From IMG/VR virus record IMGVR_UViG_3300027917_004307: a stretch of DNA of 41,103 nt. One strand, written 5' to 3'. This document shows, piece by piece, positions 19,821 to 29,400 of this stretch; position 1 is the stretch's first letter; the number at the start of each line of letters is the position of its first letter. The translations under genes were made by a program, and so were the position numbers. The notes below the pieces were generated by a model that did not search any database, was not told the DNA's origin, and saw only the letters and a list, made by a program, of their open reading frames with translations. Origin of the DNA: a virus. Lineage: Duplodnaviria > Heunggongvirae > Uroviricota > Caudoviricetes.

Positions 19821-19903
19821 CTTGTTTCCTCCGATAGCTTAGTCAAATTTTCTGTAATATGTTTGCTTCTAAATTATTCCATCTGCCACTTTACTTTTGA
19901 CAG

Positions 19904-20170
19904 CTATCTTGCAGCTTCAATTCTTATTCTGCCAGACTTCTGCAGGTTCCGCAGCTGCTCGTCTCTTAACCTGCTCTTGGGAAATCTTCCAGACTTACCT
20001 TTATAAAGATTGATGGTCTGCTCACCCTGGAAGAAATCCACCCCGACAGGTGGTCGAAGCTGAATCGGGATTAGCTGTTTGGATATGTTATAAATCATAA
20101 CAAATCCTTCGTTCTCGCGCTGTCTCTTGGTTTGCCTAATTTCGCGTTGCGTCAGGGGCCTCTTAGCCAT
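19904..20170 (-). CDS. Hypothetical basic protein
   Basis: GAGGAG SD just upstream of the ATG run at 20176/20173/20170; Lys/Arg-rich. Confidence 0.6.
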   Translation of the reverse strand: MAKRPLTQREIRQTKRQRENEGFVMIYNISKQLIPIQLRPPVGVDFFQGEQTINLYKGKSGRFPKSRLRDEQLRNLQKSGRIRIEAAR

Positions 20171-21041
20171 CATCATTCTCCTCAATTGGGGATGCTGTAG
20201 TTCCACCTATGAGACCAGCATTAATACCGCCAGTCTCATTAAACTCTGCTATATCTAGAATTACACCACTATCTTCAGCAACTATACCAACTCTGCCAAG
20301 TATTGTCGGCACGACTTTTTCTGGCAACGGCAGCCATGCTTCCCACGTTGAACTCAAATCATATCTCACCTTGGCCAATTCGTTAGCGCCAATATCAATA
20401 TCGCTGCTGTCAGTAACATCTCCTAGTTTTCCTCTGATGTTCCCTTTGACTGTTTCGTACTCTATCTTCAATTCGGCTAGTGGGTTAAATCTTGTGACTA
20501 TCTGATAGGTAGCATATTCAACATCTCTTTTTCTTTCACCCCATATCGAAAAAGTGTAATCAACTTGGCACGGCCATGGTCTATACATAAGGGCCGCTCT
20601 GCTACCGTCACTATTCACAAATCGCTGCTTAGTCCACCGATATGGCGGCGTAAATCTGGTAGCATCCCATCTGAACCCAGTCCTGTTTATAGACATAACA
20701 GGCAACTGAATCCTATTCGCATCTAGTTGCTGCTTCCAATACAAGAAAGTTTTGTCGCCACCGGCTATTCTAACCTTCATTTCTCTCTGGTCGTCTTTTG
20801 TTGGAATTATGATTCCGCTGAAGTACTTCAACACACCTTCATCAACGCCATAGAATCCAATCGGTAAGATGCTTCTAATGTCTTCTGGGGTATTGGTGTT
20901 GATCGGATCGAATGTTATAGTTGTTTCTTTATCTAAATCCGGATGCCCAGGTATCTTCTTTGGTATAGACGGAGTAGTTTCAGTCACCTGGCCTGCAGTA
21001 TGTGGTTTCCTTGGTCTGAATGAAAAATCATGTACTGGCAT
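20163..21041 (-). CDS. Tail terminator / sheath stabiliser (gp15-like)
   Basis: QLPVMSINRTGFRWDATRF, PWPCQVDYTFSIWGERKRDVEYATYQIVTRFNP. Confidence 0.75.
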   Translation of the reverse strand: MPVHDFSFRPRKPHTAGQVTETTPSIPKKIPGHPDLDKETTITFDPINTNTPEDIRSILPIGFYGVDEGVLKYFSGIIIPTKDDQREMKVRIAGGDKTFLYWKQQLDANRIQLPVMSINRTGFRWDATRFTPPYRWTKQRFVNSDGSRAALMYRPWPCQVDYTFSIWGERKRDVEYATYQIVTRFNPLAELKIEYETVKGNIRGKLGDVTDSSDIDIGANELAKVRYDLSSTWEAWLPLPEKVVPTILGRVGIVAEDSGVILDIAEFNETGGINAGLIGGTTASPIEENDDG

Positions 21042-21493
21042 TACTTAGCCTTATTCCTAACAGTTTCCCTGTGTTTATTTATTATATCGGCGAATTCATT
21101 CCTCATGAGTGATTTCAACCTGCCCCACGGCCTACATCCAAAAGTTTCTTGTAATTTAGCTGATCGTTCTAATTTGCCATCTTTGTCATGACCATCAAAG
21201 TCAAGCCAAATCCTAGCGATCCTAATATCGCCATCGCTTGAGTACATCTCGTTCAGATATCTTATTAAATTTTCTGGTGCTTCATCATCGGTAAACTCTT
21301 CACCAGTAACAGGATCCTTGATCTCTTGACCATCAATCTGTAATGGCCAAAAGGCCGGACAAATCTTGGTGTAGACATTTCTTATAAAGTTACTTGAATA
21401 ATCAAGCGCCAACGATATAGTATGGTCGGCGGCTGAGTTTATACTATCTCTCAGCCTGTTGACCAAATCATCCTGGTTTCTTACATTGATCAT
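21041..21493 (-). CDS. Hypothetical protein
   Basis: 150 aa, overlapping start/stop with neighbours. Confidence 0.6.
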   Translation of the reverse strand: MINVRNQDDLVNRLRDSINSAADHTISLALDYSSNFIRNVYTKICPAFWPLQIDGQEIKDPVTGEEFTDDEAPENLIRYLNEMYSSDGDIRIARIWLDFDGHDKDGKLERSAKLQETFGCRPWGRLKSLMRNEFADIINKHRETVRNKAK

Positions 21494-22080
21494 TCGTGTA
21501 AAACCTGTACAGCCTTATCGCCAGTAAGCAATTCGGTTTCAGCCGTGTAGTATAACCAACGATACCAGAAATTCCCAGAGTCATACACATTTAATACCCT
21601 GAAGTACATAGGGTTCCTATTAGGATCAAGAAGCACTTTGGCCGCATTATACGGCACTTTTATTACATCACCAAGCGCAAGTAACCGGCTATTCAATTTT
21701 TCTACAAGAGTCCCCCTGTGGAAAACTATTGATAATTTTAATGGGTTATCAATGCCCCACCTGGTTAATTCATATGCCACTGTATCAAGCTTTATGTAAG
21801 CCTTCATCTCAATGCCGGATCTGTAGATCGGATCGGCATCTTCCTCCCACACCTCAATCTCTTCGCTATCGGCCTTCACTTCTTTCAGATAAACCGTCAC
21901 CCAAGCACCATTAATGTTTATAAGTTCAGCCGACAATCTCTCTGCATAAGCAATATCAGGTTTTTCATGATCATATATTGCAAGCGGGGTAAATTGCTGC
22001 TCGACAGAACTGCGAAAATCAGGTATGGAGTCAAACGTTGACACCTGTTCATTCTTAGAATTAAAATTATACACTGGCAT
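21490..22080 (-). CDS. Neck / head-closure protein (gp14-like)
   Basis: AELININGAWVTVY, YELTRWGIDNP, LGDVIKVPY..FRVLNV; probable start MPVY at 22080. Confidence 0.65.
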   Translation of the reverse strand: MPVYNFNSKNEQVSTFDSIPDFRSSVEQQFTPLAIYDHEKPDIAYAERLSAELININGAWVTVYLKEVKADSEEIEVWEEDADPIYRSGIEMKAYIKLDTVAYELTRWGIDNPLKLSIVFHRGTLVEKLNSRLLALGDVIKVPYNAAKVLLDPNRNPMYFRVLNVYDSGNFWYRWLYYTAETELLTGDKAVQVLHE

Positions 22081-24319
22081 CGAACAGTCCTTCGGCCCCA
22101 CAGTTACTAGCAATCAACTTAACTTGTTCATATTTGTCTGCGATGACTGGTCTGCCACTAATTAATGCATCCCAGATAATGCCTATCGACCGTGAAATTT
22201 CGTTAGAATTCTCTCTAATTGCAGCAGTACTCATCTTGCTAAGAAACTCCCATGCCCAAGGAGCTTGCATTTGCATTCCTTCTTTGAATGTCATTCTTGT
22301 TTTATTGGCATTGATAACGGTGCTAGCCGGATAATCTTCTATTAGTATGCCATTAATAATATTCGCCCAACACTGTACAGACGATGGGTCAAACAAACTA
22401 GAAGGCGTAGGAACAATCTTTAACAACTTAGTGGTCGGCATCGACTTCTCTAACAGAACGTTGAACTTGCCTTCGGCTATCCTATAGGTATTATTAAATT
22501 CTGCAGATTCACGATATATCGGATCATCAATGAATAATTTATCGTTGAGCTTTGAGATTGTCCAATACAACCTGTTTGCTTCATCAGATCCGAGATCAAT
22601 AACCAGGGAAGAAGCTACATAATCTATTGCACTATTGTCAGTACCTTCGCGCAACATATTGTCATTGTACTCCTTAGCTTCTTTGGCTAATTGCTCGATA
22701 TCGTCAGCATCAATAATCTTTATGATATTTAATGCTTTAATTGCATCATCAATATTCAAGCGATCAAAATCAAACGGCTTTTCAAACGAACCAAGGCTAT
22801 CCATGTATTTCCCGACAGCTACTTCCATATCAACACTATCAATCCCGGCATCATCTGCCAATTCACCAACAAATTTGTCCCAATATTCATACTTTGGGCC
22901 TGCCCATTCTCTCCTCGATCTCTCTAACTTTTTCTTTTCTTTCTTCGGCTTGACGAATTTCTCATAATACTCAGGAGTCTGCTTATAAGTTTCAGCAGCT
23001 TTTTCAGATCTCTCCGACCTTCTTTGTGCAGAATATCCCTTTATGTGCCTAATTATATCCTGCCATTCATCACTACGTTGTGGTGTTGATAGCGGGATTG
23101 GGAATTTCTTGGATTCGTCATCATCTTTTTTATCTTGCCCAGGCTTAACTTCGCCACTAAGAACCTGCATGAGCGTATACATATCTACAGCCCCGCTCCT
23201 TACTGGTTCTTCCATTGTTCTGTTTGCGTTGCCACATCTTGGGCACTCGACAACATGCCCAGAGTATGAAGATGGAAGCATCGTGACGATACCACAGTTC
23301 TTGCATGCATAATTGTGTGGTGGTAATATATCAAACGGCTCTAGCCCGATATCCTCGGCAGCTCCAGGGGTCTCAACTCTTCCAGTCACATAAAAAGCCC
23401 TATTTTCCTCTACCCATTCGTCGAAGCCCTTCCTACCACTCTGTTCTTCTCTTGCTTTGTCTTCCACACCCTTGGCGGGCCATCTTTCTAGATTGAATGG
23501 CTTCAGCGTATCCGAAGCCTTGTATAAGACCTGCGCCAGATTCTCAAAGACTCGCCTATTATTAGTCCCAAGGGACTTGGTGGCAATTTTTATTGACCTC
23601 TTGATATCGCTGTCTTTGCTAGCAATCTCTAACCCATATTTGTCATCTGGGCCATCAAACCCAGCTTCTGTAGGATCAACCGCTCCCTGTATCGGCGATA
23701 GATTGGCTGCTTCCAGTGTATCCCACAACCACGTCATTACCTTCTTCCATGGAGTCTTTGCTTTTTTCTTTGTCTTAGGATCCTTATAATCCTCTACATC
23801 TATCCATTCCATACCGCTACAAACTGGGCATATAATTTCTTCATCAACATCTTTCAGTCTTTCCGCCATATCAATGAAAAAATCTATGTCGTTTTCATAC
23901 GCCTTAATACGATTCTCTCTATCACGTACCGCAGTCTGGCTCATTTTGCCTTTAGCTATTTCTCCCTTCATGAACTCAATTCTGTCTTTGAAATAATCGA
24001 TTCTAGCCATGACGGCTTTGTTTAATTTAACCTTCTTAGCTCCGCCGCACATCTGGCAAGCTTCCCTTTGCCCACTAACCCATTTCTTCTGTGTGCCAGC
24101 CCATCCCTTTGATCCACTCTCAAGTGTGCCGTAAACATTGATATATGTTTCATATGACCTCTGCTCTTTGTCTTCTGGGACCCTAGGCTCTATAATGACG
24201 AATGACAGATCTTCAACCGATTCATTCAATGACAGAGAAAATTGTTTCCTAATCTCTGTAATCAATTGAAGTTCTGCTTTGTTCATCAAAAGATCCCCTT
24301 GAGTGGCAGGGTCTGGCAT
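22067..24319 (-). CDS. Large hypothetical protein with four CxxC Zn motifs
   Basis: CQMCGG, CPVCSG, CKNCG, CPRCG; charged helical segments. Confidence 0.7.
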   Translation of the reverse strand: MPDPATQGDLLMNKAELQLITEIRKQFSLSLNESVEDLSFVIIEPRVPEDKEQRSYETYINVYGTLESGSKGWAGTQKKWVSGQREACQMCGGAKKVKLNKAVMARIDYFKDRIEFMKGEIAKGKMSQTAVRDRENRIKAYENDIDFFIDMAERLKDVDEEIICPVCSGMEWIDVEDYKDPKTKKKAKTPWKKVMTWLWDTLEAANLSPIQGAVDPTEAGFDGPDDKYGLEIASKDSDIKRSIKIATKSLGTNNRRVFENLAQVLYKASDTLKPFNLERWPAKGVEDKAREEQSGRKGFDEWVEENRAFYVTGRVETPGAAEDIGLEPFDILPPHNYACKNCGIVTMLPSSYSGHVVECPRCGNANRTMEEPVRSGAVDMYTLMQVLSGEVKPGQDKKDDDESKKFPIPLSTPQRSDEWQDIIRHIKGYSAQRRSERSEKAAETYKQTPEYYEKFVKPKKEKKKLERSRREWAGPKYEYWDKFVGELADDAGIDSVDMEVAVGKYMDSLGSFEKPFDFDRLNIDDAIKALNIIKIIDADDIEQLAKEAKEYNDNMLREGTDNSAIDYVASSLVIDLGSDEANRLYWTISKLNDKLFIDDPIYRESAEFNNTYRIAEGKFNVLLEKSMPTTKLLKIVPTPSSLFDPSSVQCWANIINGILIEDYPASTVINANKTRMTFKEGMQMQAPWAWEFLSKMSTAAIRENSNEISRSIGIIWDALISGRPVIADKYEQVKLIASNCGAEGLFDASV

Positions 24320-24744
24320 ATTTCCTCAAGAGTTGGTTCCCTAGTAACTTCTTCTAGTGCATCTGTGCTAGCTATATCTCTTAAGATTTGATACCAGTCT
24401 TGTACGAGCGTCGCACACGGGTTATTGCAGGTACTTGGCGGCCCAGGTGGCCCACTAGGTAAGACAAACCAAGCCTCCCTTGGGTTAGTGGTGAACTCTA
24501 TCGTCGCACCAGGGATCGCTTCCAAAGCAGCGTCAACATCAACAGCAGACGCATTACATTCCCAATTGGCGGCAAGCGTTGGGGATGTGAATGCCGATAT
24601 GGGCTCGCAACCTGGCACGATCATTTTCCAGCCGCGCAAAATTCTAAGTTTATTCTTTATCGTTATCGACATCAAAAATTCACCGCAAAAGTAAATAAAG
24701 CAAGCCCAGAAAAAGCGACCGCCCAGCCGCTCCATTAAAGCCAC
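24286..24744 (-). CDS. Hypothetical protein; start may be 24672
   Basis: Co-oriented ORF overlapping the next start; no motif. Confidence 0.55.
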   Translation of the reverse strand: MALMERLGGRFFWACFIYFCGEFLMSITIKNKLRILRGWKMIVPGCEPISAFTSPTLAANWECNASAVDVDAALEAIPGATIEFTTNPREAWFVLPSGPPGPPSTCNNPCATLVQDWYQILRDIASTDALEEVTREPTLEEICQTLPLKGIF

Positions 24745-24774
24745 CCATTACCGCATGATAATTCGGCGGTGTTT

Positions 24775-25608
24775 TTAAAATAGTAGATCCAACAGATTCC
24801 ATACTGTATCTTTGGAAAAATGAGCCAATCCAAGTAATACTGGTACAAAACTCCACAAGTAAACTCCCATGGGTTCCCCATGATTTATTGCTGTTTCTAC
24901 GATTTTATTATACTCCTCTATGCCTTCCTTGGCCATTGACTCACCATCGAAATTAATTGCGCCACCATCTGGCCCAGGTATACTGCCAAATTTGCGCCGT
25001 GCATTCCCAAGAGCAATTTTCATTTGTGCAAGAACCGCTCTATATGTGATCTCCCTGGCTTGTGGCGACCTGAATTCCGTCACTGACGGCACGTACTCAA
25101 TTATTACCGGATATGAACTCTTCGGTGTAGGGTATAACCTAATTGTATCACCACCTAATTCACCTGAGCTCTTATGATATCCCCATTGCCCTTCAGTTCC
25201 AAGAATTTTCTGGCTGAATTTCCTATAGGCCAGAAGCAAGTGGTAGTCAGTCAACAAATTTTGAATGCCAGAGATGTTGCCGATATTAAAAAGGAAGCTC
25301 TCAGCCCCGAAAATTTCATCTATCCTCGTAGTTGCCGGATCCCAAGAAACTTTCCTAATCCAGTAAGCGTCAGAAGGAACCGGATACTCCGACACAAGAG
25401 GTGTCGTATTAAAAAATGCAAATTTCTCCTCAAGCGGGAAATATGTCGATATAAAATCGCCAGTTGACCTAAGAACTGATTCTATCTGCGGTTCTACGAT
25501 TTCAACATTGATAACTGGATGCCCAAGCTGTGATAAGACGTGCATCTTTAGTGGGTTACTATCCGCTCGCATAACCACTGGCAAATCGGCTGGGCCTATT
25601 ATTGCCAT
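24775..25608 (-). CDS. Neck / head-tail adaptor protein (gp13-like)
   Basis: VLSQLGHPVINVEIVEPQIE, IRLYPTP, ALGNARRKFGSIPGPDGGAINFDGE..KEG.EE. Confidence 0.8.
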   Translation of the reverse strand: MAIIGPADLPVVMRADSNPLKMHVLSQLGHPVINVEIVEPQIESVLRSTGDFISTYFPLEEKFAFFNTTPLVSEYPVPSDAYWIRKVSWDPATTRIDEIFGAESFLFNIGNISGIQNLLTDYHLLLAYRKFSQKILGTEGQWGYHKSSGELGGDTIRLYPTPKSSYPVIIEYVPSVTEFRSPQAREITYRAVLAQMKIALGNARRKFGSIPGPDGGAINFDGESMAKEGIEEYNKIVETAINHGEPMGVYLWSFVPVLLGLAHFSKDTVWNLLDLLF

Positions 25609-25623
25609 AGTTAACCCCCCCCC

Positions 25624-26175
25624 TTATGTGTTAGGCCAGCTTCTAAATCTTCTGTTGTACTCAGCCCCATATTTCACACCGTTGTATTCGATGAAGAATA
25701 CTTCTGCTATATAATCGCTGGCAGATTCCAATGCATTCTTTAGCCAAGCTACTTCCTGGTCTATCTTCAACAAAGGTTCCTGACCCCAGCTGACAGACCC
25801 ACCTGTTGGTCCTTCGGTAACCGCTGTCTTCTCGCCAGGTACGGTCCCACTGTGGATCAACCTTGGAAGAGTGGTCGGTGGTTCATTTGGAGTACGTGCC
25901 CTGCTAACATCAATAAACCCAATTATTGTCAACCTAGCCGGACTCTGGCCAACCTGGGCCGTATACGCGACTGGCTTAGCTATATTAAAACCGGAGGCTT
26001 CGAGATCATTCTCTGCCAGCCCAGCAGTCTTGGCCAGGTCCCTCTGGTGTGTCATTCTTCTGCCATCTGTCGCTGGCACGACACCAACATATGCCCTAAA
26101 TGGCACATGTTTTGTCGGCTGCCCAGCATTTATCCCAGGCGAGAATTGGTCTGAACTATAATGATTAAGTCCCAT
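25624..26175 (-). CDS. Hypothetical protein (probable virion)
   Basis: 183 aa, AGGAGGGG SD. Confidence 0.6.
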   Translation of the reverse strand: MGLNHYSSDQFSPGINAGQPTKHVPFRAYVGVVPATDGRRMTHQRDLAKTAGLAENDLEASGFNIAKPVAYTAQVGQSPARLTIIGFIDVSRARTPNEPPTTLPRLIHSGTVPGEKTAVTEGPTGGSVSWGQEPLLKIDQEVAWLKNALESASDYIAEVFFIEYNGVKYGAEYNRRFRSWPNT

Positions 26176-26217
26176 TATACCCCTCCTACGCTAAGATCCA
26201 TATTATATTTGAGCAGA

Positions 26218-26967
26218 TTAACCAATGTAGGTGTGAATGCCTATGATGAAGTCTATCGCAGATCCGGCTGTAGAGCTTTGTACGCTCACCCATAACCCGT
26301 CACTCGTGTTGCGCCTACCAAATATGACATCCTGCGGGGATACTCTAGATGCCGTCGCAACCCTATACGGAACAGTAGTTATGACACTGGCAGAACCAGC
26401 TGTTGGCCCACACAAAAACCTAATTAAATATGTATTGTTATTAGTTGCGACATTGCTTATGAATATTCTATGGACATCATATTTGACCTGCGGGAACGTA
26501 TTTGGCGCAGCCAACTGCGTTGGAGTGCTGAATGTGTCTGCTGGAGTCCCAGATGATATAGACCATGGCGTGGTATTGTTTTCCTCAGCCAATCCGCCAC
26601 CGCCAGATCCATACCACTTTTCTTCATTGTGGAAATGCTTCTCTATTTCGTGTACTTTGTATGCGAGACTATCGTCGGCACCCAACAACCCATCGACAGC
26701 TTCACTGTCTATTTTGCTTGCATCGTTCTTAATAGTCATCACCATATTCTGGTCTACATGTCTGACTTCATAATTTGATGCGGCCTCAAGCAGCAGGTAT
26801 TGGGCCAGTGTTGGATAATTTGCCGTATTTGGCAGTGAACTGTCAGGTATAATCCTAAATTCCGTTGAAAAATTTAGGTGCGATGATAGTGGGTCATTGC
26901 CCGTCAATACTTGGCCAACCGCATTCACTTTGGTTAGCTTCATATACGCTATATGCGTGTCAACCAT
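26218..26967 (-). CDS. Hypothetical protein (probable virion, Ser/Thr/Ala-rich beta domain)
   Basis: 249 aa, first gene of the minus-strand block. Confidence 0.6.
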   Translation of the reverse strand: MVDTHIAYMKLTKVNAVGQVLTGNDPLSSHLNFSTEFRIIPDSSLPNTANYPTLAQYLLLEAASNYEVRHVDQNMVMTIKNDASKIDSEAVDGLLGADDSLAYKVHEIEKHFHNEEKWYGSGGGGLAEENNTTPWSISSGTPADTFSTPTQLAAPNTFPQVKYDVHRIFISNVATNNNTYLIRFLCGPTAGSASVITTVPYRVATASRVSPQDVIFGRRNTSDGLWVSVQSSTAGSAIDFIIGIHTYIG

Positions 26968-26980
26968 ATATTACTTTTGA

Positions 26981-27562
26981 TTGTATTTTATAGATATGTT
27001 CATAACTGCCGAAGACCACATCAAATATCTACACGAATTGATTTCACAGCGTCCCAAAAACGTTTATATTGCCACATTCAACATATTCGCAGGGATAATG
27101 TTTGATGGTGCTGATATCAACAATTGGGGCGCAAAATACAACAATGAAATGCATGGGGTGCTTGACAATTTGCAGGACTCCAGAGCAAACACCAGGATAT
27201 TGGTTGGTATACCAGACCTAATTCCATGCAGGCCTGGCTGCGAAAGTTGCTTGGAGAAATATGTTAAATTATTGACAAGAACGTTGAAACATGCCGAAAA
27301 ATGGGCATTTAATTGGAAATATGTCGAAAGATTCCACATGAAGAGTTACATTTTCGATTATGGAGACACCATTAAGGGTGTGGTTGGTGGTAGAAATTTA
27401 ACGACAAGCAATTATGCTGATTTAACCTTCAAAATAGGAGCAGACAAATGCAAAGTGATTAGACATATATTCAATAGACATTGGGATAATTCCAAGGAAA
27501 TCACACAAGAAAACATCAATAATACTATTCTTGAACAAATGGATTACTTGAACAAAGAGTGA
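26981..27562 (+). CDS. PLD/HKD-superfamily nuclease-like protein
   Basis: FHMKSYIFD (HxKxxxxD) followed by VGGRNLT (GSxN equivalent); single motif as in Nuc-type nucleases. Confidence 0.8.
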   Translation: MYFIDMFITAEDHIKYLHELISQRPKNVYIATFNIFAGIMFDGADINNWGAKYNNEMHGVLDNLQDSRANTRILVGIPDLIPCRPGCESCLEKYVKLLTRTLKHAEKWAFNWKYVERFHMKSYIFDYGDTIKGVVGGRNLTTSNYADLTFKIGADKCKVIRHIFNRHWDNSKEITQENINNTILEQMDYLNKE

Positions 27563-27774
27563 TGGTTTTAGCGACAGTAGCAATCAAGGCAGTGGCAGTC
27601 ACAGCAGCAATAGCCATTGGATATCTGATTTTCTATGCAACTATAGAAAATTGTTTGAGCAAATGGGGCAGAACAGAGTTTGACCGAGATTTTGGCGCTT
27701 TTATGACAATTGTAGCATTTGCTGTGCTTGTTGGCGACCTAGTCTGCCTCATAATCTGGCTGGTCGAGACATGA
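27559..27774 (+). CDS. Small two-TM membrane protein
   Basis: Two hydrophobic segments; paralogue at 31071-31301. Confidence 0.6.
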   Translation: MMVLATVAIKAVAVTAAIAIGYLIFYATIENCLSKWGRTEFDRDFGAFMTIVAFAVLVGDLVCLIIWLVET

Positions 27775-27789
27775 TAGGAAATATACGAC

Positions 27790-28332
27790 ATGTATGGAAT
27801 ACGTATAGAATACGACATGTATGATATGTGGGCAATAACGTCCGAACTACGAGCAAAAGACCCAATAAAGATCGTCACTGTAAAAGAAATATTTGGGCCG
27901 TTAGCTCAGCGATTCGTTGACCAGATTGGTGGGCGTACTAGAATGGGATGGGTGCTGCAAGATAACACAGGTGATGCTGTCAAATTAAGTCGCAAATTCG
28001 GGATTGAAGAGTGTAAGTTGTGTGTAGAAAGCAGGTTGACCGGCTGGCATGTACTTGGTGACACCAAAGAATCGTTAGATATCACGGTTGTGGTCGAAGC
28101 AAGCCCAAAAGTGCTAAGCAACCCTGACCGTAAAAGCGTATGGATTAGAATGGTAGTCGTCGACGAGGCAAATGGGTATCAACGACACATATTCTATAGT
28201 GATGGGACACTTTTTTATTATTGGGGGCGCACCAATTCTATAGTGTTCACCCACGCCCTCAGGTATGGTGCAGTATTAGATTTGGAACTGGTAGCCATAT
28301 TAAGAGAAAAGATGGAGTCGCATGAATTGTAA
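27790..28332 (+). CDS. Hypothetical protein
   Basis: 180-aa ORF in a co-oriented chain; start uncertain. Confidence 0.55.
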   Translation: MYGIRIEYDMYDMWAITSELRAKDPIKIVTVKEIFGPLAQRFVDQIGGRTRMGWVLQDNTGDAVKLSRKFGIEECKLCVESRLTGWHVLGDTKESLDITVVVEASPKVLSNPDRKSVWIRMVVVDEANGYQRHIFYSDGTLFYYWGRTNSIVFTHALRYGAVLDLELVAILREKMESHEL

Positions 28333-28831
28333 AGAAGAAGAAGACGAGCTTGCCACAATAGTGTATGAATTCCTTATCGAAAATGGATATAAAAAGGCTC
28401 CAGGCCCGCATAAAGTAATCATCAGAGGAAGAACGTTCCACATAAGCACAAGGAAACCAGGTTGCGTTTCGTTGAGTACATGTGCGCCGTTAACGTGTAG
28501 CATAGTCTCGTGGTTGTATGAACCAAATGGGCTACAAAGGCTGCTTGACAAAGTAAAAGAGTGTGAAAACAGAAACTGTCATTCATGTGATAATTCAATA
28601 TTATATAAGATGTACGCTTCATCGAGCCAGGCGATAGCCATTTTGACAGCATCTATGTCAAAATATTCAATATCTATGTCAAAATTGGCCGTAAAATCAA
28701 TGTCGCTACAATCTATAGTTAAAATATTCAAACAAAAGCAAGCCATGGACAAAGCAATGGCTGAATACTTGACAAGAAGGGCTTTGCCTGTTACCATGTT
28801 TTTCAAAGGAGGGGAAAATGGACTTTCTTGA
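28322..28831 (+). CDS. Lx(D/E/N)P paralogue family protein with C-terminal extension
   Basis: IVYEFLIENGY ... LYEPNGLQRL, CHSC. Confidence 0.6.
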   Translation: MNCKEEEDELATIVYEFLIENGYKKAPGPHKVIIRGRTFHISTRKPGCVSLSTCAPLTCSIVSWLYEPNGLQRLLDKVKECENRNCHSCDNSILYKMYASSSQAIAILTASMSKYSISMSKLAVKSMSLQSIVKIFKQKQAMDKAMAEYLTRRALPVTMFFKGGENGLS

Positions 28832-29006
28832 TTGGATTGGGGCATTATTTGGTTCCTTCATCTTTTCAGCCATTGGATTATGTCCTGGAATGCATGATGA
28901 CGACGATGAGCCCGAACGTTGTCCAGCAACTGGGTGGGTCATCACCAACACTGACGAAGATGGGAACGAATATACGATGAAAGATGGACCTGGCGGTACT
29001 AAATAA
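28818..29006 (+). CDS. Small membrane-anchored/secreted hypothetical protein
   Basis: GGAGGGG SD; hydrophobic N-terminus, acidic tail. Confidence 0.55.
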   Translation: MDFLDWIGALFGSFIFSAIGLCPGMHDDDDEPERCPATGWVITNTDEDGNEYTMKDGPGGTK

Positions 29007-29109
29007 TGCCAATGCGTTCCCGATGTATTTAATGTGTCAGGTTCTGGTCAAATGTAAATAGGGTGGGATTTCCCACCACGTTCAGAGAGATTCTAAGAAG
29101 TGGAATTCA

Positions 29110-29305
29110 GACCCTTACAGCCCGAACGACTTAGGTCACGGCATTGGCTGCCAACAGGTAGCCCGTGTGTCGTGGCCGAGGTCGCGACGACCAAGATTAA
29201 AGGATATGATTCCTTTAATCAAGGCTCGGCAGGGCCGTAAGGGGTTAAGAACATTCTGGAAACCAATCAAGACCCCTTGCGGCCAACCGGCCTCAAGGGG
29301 TCTTG
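29110..29305 (+). ncRNA. Unassigned multibranch structured RNA (ncRNA-A)
   Basis: Helices 29112-23/29232-43, 29175-80/29225-30, 29195-204/29211-20 (10 bp perfect), 29268-79/29294-305 (12 bp perfect). Confidence 0.55.
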
Positions 29306-29322
29306 CTTTATTAGGACTTTTT

Positions 29323-29396
29323 GCGAGCATCGTTCAATGGTAGGACGTGAGACTTCCACTCTCAAAATGAGGGTTCGATCCCCTCTGCTCGCACCA
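29323..29396 (+). tRNA. tRNA-Gly(TCC)
   Basis: GCGAGCA/TGCTCGC acceptor; TGAGA-CT TCC AC-TCTCA; GGTTCGATCC; CCA. Confidence 0.95.
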
Positions 29397-29400
29397 GGAC

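Noticed and set aside
1433-26773. Plus-strand ORFs opposite the structural genes (e.g. 9098-10198, 7766-8329)
   Set aside because: Antisense shadows of biased-codon genes such as the TMP; no motifs or SDs.
27783-27823. 14-nt direct repeat ATACGACATGTATG
   Set aside because: Short in-frame (27-nt period) duplication at an uncertain gene start; no evidence of function.
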